From: Bdellovibrio sp.
Lineage (GTDB): Bacteria > Bdellovibrionota > Bdellovibrionia > Bdellovibrionales > Bdellovibrionaceae
Reading direction: 5' to 3'
DNA: 64,000 nt
NCBI GenBank assembly: GCA_013360185.1
Contig: JABWCO010000001.1
Span: forward strand, 2,560 to 66,559
Each line of letters opens with the position of its first letter. Positions within the stretch are counted from its first letter, which is position 1. Shown here piece after piece: positions 60,722-64,000 of this stretch. The translations under genes were made by a program, and so were the position numbers. A model generated the notes under the pieces. It was not told where the DNA came from, made no database searches, and worked only from the letters and a program-made list of their open reading frames with translations.

Positions 60722-63700
60722 TAGCGCGGAACTGCAGTGACGCCGATTTTGATGACTTCGCCATCAATGTCGGAAGTTTCTGAGTGTTTACCTTCAACTG
60801 TCGCTGAAAGATCCAAAACATTCAAAGTCTTCGTCAAAGTTTCAGACACGATCATTTCTTTGTGCGTGTTTAAGGCTTCTAATAACAAGCCCGAGCAAGC
60901 AATATTCAAAGTGATCTTATCATCCATTTGGAAGTCCGCCGTTTTGCGTGCGACTTGGATCTTACGCATGATCTCGCGAGCTAAACCTTCACGTTCTTGC
61001 TCTGCCGTCACAGTCGGATCGACTTCGATGGAAACGATCTGATGCACTGACAAGTTCGCGTTGTCGCCTTTTGGTGCGCGACGAATTTCAACATCAGAAA
61101 GCTGAATGTCTTCGCCTTCGACTTTGATCGTTTCGCCACTTTCAAGTTTCAACAAATCGTGCAGGCTTAGTTTTTGGATGCCCGCACCGACCGTTTTCAT
61201 TTTAGGTCCAAGACGTTTACCCAAAACAGGGAAGTTCGCCTTCGCAGTGACTTGCACGAATTGATCTTCATTCGCATCGTAAGTCACTTTGCGGAAGTTC
61301 AGCTCGTCGATAAAGAACGGCTCAAACATTTTCAAAGTTTTCAAAAGCTCAGGGCTTCTGTGAATAATGCGGATCTCATTCAACGGAATCTTGGCTTTCA
61401 CCGCAATTTTTTCGCGATGATTACGTCCCAATGTCACGAGCGTATCCATCGCCTTCACTGCTTCTTCAAGCTCGGGGCGCAACATAGAAAGGTCAGCTAT
61501 CGGGAAGCTTTCCAAGTGCACAGAGTCTTTCTTATTCGGCAATACTTGCGCTAAATTTTTGTAAGTCGTCTCTGCCATGAACGGAGCAAACGGCGCCATC
61601 AGGCGTGACAACGTCACTAAAACCTCATGCAAAGTTTCATAAGCATAACGTTTTGTTTCCGGCATACCATCTTGCCAGAACAACGAACGATTAAAGCGAA
61701 TATACGTATTCGTTAAATCTTCAATGAACGTCAATAAGTGCGGAACAACGTTATATAAACGATAAGCGTCCATCTCTTTGTGCGTGTTCGCCGTTAAACC
61801 ATGCAAGCGTGAAAGCACCCATTGGTCTAAGATGTTCGGGGAATTCTTTGCATCACCCTTTGGCACAAAACCATCGATGTTCGCATAGTTCGCAAAGAAC
61901 GAATAAGAATTCCACCAACGTAACAAGATCTTACGAACGATGTCGTAAACACCTTTTTCAGAAAACTTAAGCTCTTGCGCTTTCACCACAGGGGAATCAA
62001 TCAGGTACAGACGTAAAGCATCTGCACCATGTTGGTTTAACACTTCCATCGGGTCTGGATAGTTTTTTAAGCTCTTCGACATCTTGCGACCGTCTTCAGC
62101 TAAAACCAAACCATTTACGATCACGTTCTTAAACGGCGACTGATTAAATAAAGCCGTTCCAATGATCGTCAAAGTATAGAACCAACCGCGCGTTTGATCT
62201 AAGCCCTCGGCGATATAATCTGCCGGGAACGCTTTCTTGAACTCTTCGACATTCGCATTCGGGAAGCCCCATTGTGCGTAAGGCATAGAGCCTGATTCAA
62301 ACCAGCAGTCCAAAACACCATCAACGCGTTTTAGCGGAGATTTGCCGGTCGGAGAAGGAATCGTGATTTTATCAACGAACTCGATATGAAGATCGTCAAC
62401 TTTTTGTCCTGATAGCTTTTCAAGCTCATCGCGTGAACCAATACAGATCACTTCGCCTTCAGGATTTCTCCAGATAGGCAGCGGAGTTCCCCAGAAGCGA
62501 TTGCGCGAAATAGCCCAGTCGCGTGCGCCTTCAAGCCAATTGCCGAAGCGACCATCTCGCAAGTGATCTGGAACCCAAGTCGTTTGCTTGTTATTCGCAA
62601 TAAGATTTTCTTTAATTTTTTCAACAGCCACAAACCACGAAGACACCGCACGATAAATTAACGGAGTGTCAGAGCGATAACAGAATGGGTAACTATGTTG
62701 AATCGTATCTTGTTTAAATAAATTTCCGCGTTTTTTTAAATCCGCGATGATATCTTTGTCAGCTTCCTTCACGCGCTTGCCTGCATAATCAGGAACTTCG
62801 GAGGTGAACATGCCGTCGTCGTCGACCGGATTAACGATCGGGATACCAGCTTTAGAGCAAGCAAAGTAATCTTCCTCACCGAAGGCTGGGGCCATGTGAA
62901 CAACACCGGTACCACTTTCCGTGGTGACGTGATCAGAAGAAATAATTCTGAAGGCCCCCTTGTCAGCGCGATCGCCGAAGTAAGGGAACAGAGGTTCGTA
63001 AGTTAAATCGACAAGTTCAGAGCCTTTCATCATTTGCAAAACTTCGACTTCGTCATCTGGTTTCTTAAACACCGACGGAAGCAAAGCTTGCGCCATGATA
63101 AGTTTGCGACCTGAAGCTTTTTCAACGATCTTTACGTAATCAATTTCAAGGCCGACCGCCAAAGCTAAATTCGATGGCAAGGTCCAAGGAGTTGTGGTCC
63201 AAGCAAGTACTGCCGTGTCTGGCTGATTGACCAACTTAAACATCACAGTGACCGCGGGATCTTGTACCATTTTGTAATTTTGATTGGCTTCAAAGTTCGA
63301 CAATGAAGTCGAGATACCTACAGAGTAAGGAACAACTTTATAGCCTTCATAGATCAAGCCTTTTTTGAAAAGCTCTTGGAACACCCACCAAACAGACTGC
63401 ATGAAAGTAACGTCCATCGTGAAATACGGATTTTCCATATCCACCCAACGACCGACTCTGCGAACTGTGGTTTTCCAATCTTCAGAATAACGTTTTACAA
63501 TCGAACGACAAGCGTCGTTGTAATTCGCCACACCCATTTTGAAAACGTCTTTGCGGCTTTCAATTTTATGAGTCTTGTTGATTTCGTATTCAACTGGTAA
63601 GCCGTGGCAGTCCCAACCAAAGCGGCGAGGCACAGTGTAACCTTTCATCGTCCAATAACGAGGAACCACGTCTTTCAAAACACCGGCAAGCAAGTGACCA

Positions 63701-63894
63701 TAATGCGGCAGACCTGTTGCGAACGGAGGACCGTCATAAAAATTATAGGTCTTCTTGCCCTGTGGATCCATCGAGCGCTGGAAAATTTTTTCTTGATCCC
63801 AGAAGCTTAAAATCGACTCTTCTTGTTTAGGAAGGCTGACATCTGGTTTTACGGATTCATAAGGCATTTGGCGGTTGTGATTTGCATTAGTCAT
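60721..63894 (-). CDS. ileS: Isoleucyl-tRNA synthetase, type 2 (eukaryote-like)
   Basis: FYDGPPFATGLPHYGHLL (HIGH region), KMSKS, and WAISRNRFWGTPLP. About 1050 aa with a long C-terminal extension. The start could be 63894 or 63867. Confidence 0.95.
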   Translation of the reverse strand: MTNANHNRQMPYESVKPDVSLPKQEESILSFWDQEKIFQRSMDPQGKKTYNFYDGPPFATGLPHYGHLLAGVLKDVVPRYWTMKGYTVPRRFGWDCHGLPVEYEINKTHKIESRKDVFKMGVANYNDACRSIVKRYSEDWKTTVRRVGRWVDMENPYFTMDVTFMQSVWWVFQELFKKGLIYEGYKVVPYSVGISTSLSNFEANQNYKMVQDPAVTVMFKLVNQPDTAVLAWTTTPWTLPSNLALAVGLEIDYVKIVEKASGRKLIMAQALLPSVFKKPDDEVEVLQMMKGSELVDLTYEPLFPYFGDRADKGAFRIISSDHVTTESGTGVVHMAPAFGEEDYFACSKAGIPIVNPVDDDGMFTSEVPDYAGKRVKEADKDIIADLKKRGNLFKQDTIQHSYPFCYRSDTPLIYRAVSSWFVAVEKIKENLIANNKQTTWVPDHLRDGRFGNWLEGARDWAISRNRFWGTPLPIWRNPEGEVICIGSRDELEKLSGQKVDDLHIEFVDKITIPSPTGKSPLKRVDGVLDCWFESGSMPYAQWGFPNANVEEFKKAFPADYIAEGLDQTRGWFYTLTIIGTALFNQSPFKNVIVNGLVLAEDGRKMSKSLKNYPDPMEVLNQHGADALRLYLIDSPVVKAQELKFSEKGVYDIVRKILLRWWNSYSFFANYANIDGFVPKGDAKNSPNILDQWVLSRLHGLTANTHKEMDAYRLYNVVPHLLTFIEDLTNTYIRFNRSLFWQDGMPETKRYAYETLHEVLVTLSRLMAPFAPFMAETTYKNLAQVLPNKKDSVHLESFPIADLSMLRPELEEAVKAMDTLVTLGRNHREKIAVKAKIPLNEIRIIHRSPELLKTLKMFEPFFIDELNFRKVTYDANEDQFVQVTAKANFPVLGKRLGPKMKTVGAGIQKLSLHDLLKLESGETIKVEGEDIQLSDVEIRRAPKGDNANLSVHQIVSIEVDPTVTAEQEREGLAREIMRKIQVARKTADFQMDDKITLNIACSGLLLEALNTHKEMIVSETLTKTLNVLDLSATVEGKHSETSDIDGEVIKIGVTAVPR

Positions 63895-64000
63895 AGGTTC
63901 TAAATTGGTATCAGATTTCGCAGGGACTTGCATCCTTTTCGCGGGCAGTTTCCAAGCTAACATCCAGTGATGCGCATTGTCATTCTGAGGGGGCGGGGGG

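Noticed and set aside
63964-64000. A G-run (gagggggcgggggg) at the window end could be a regulatory or G-quadruplex element upstream of ileS.
   Set aside because: It is truncated by the window edge, leaving too little sequence to evaluate.

Overview
This window reads as a gene-dense chromosomal segment from a Bdellovibrio-like predatory bacterium. That assignment is an inference from gene content: two short flagellins of about 275 aa, many signal-peptide or lipobox proteins carrying HExxH motifs, a PilZ receptor, and a glycine-tailed RRM protein. From the left, a 5'-truncated S8 subtilase is followed by a flagellar filament locus (fliC, antisense double radical-SAM gene, fliC, flaG, fliD, fliS). 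Next comes a tightly packed operon behind a strong sigma54-type promoter: TPR protein, Rossmann protein, two extended GT9 (heptosyltransferase-family) paralogues, a 227-aa protein, a PAS histidine kinase and a CheY-like receiver. Housekeeping genes follow (rsmD, coaD, aminotransferase). The envelope block holds a vWA lipoprotein, a peptidase-MA/PD40/Omp85 fusion, and pal, a DUF4398-like gene and ybgF. After it come tsaD, rsmA and smpB. Then come two convergent secreted repeat proteins (one with an 11-residue periodicity, one with 16-residue two-cysteine repeats), a small-protein/RlmM-like/PilZ operon, marR, map, nnrD, Nudix, hemolysin-III and MFS genes. A cysK-like/metF/metH operon has a structured leader. 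The right end carries an RRM protein, a HutD-like gene, a transsulfuration PLP enzyme, more secreted proteins, an XRE-HTH::UbiB/ABC1-kinase fusion, trmO and a type-2 ileS. I found no rRNA, tRNA, CRISPR array or transposase. The best candidate for an undescribed system is the flagellin-linked module: the double radical-SAM gene between the flagellin paralogues plus the sigma54-driven TPR + Rossmann + twin GT9-like operon. This could be a protein (flagellin) modification or glycosylation system. All functions are inferred from motifs read by eye. No database search was run.
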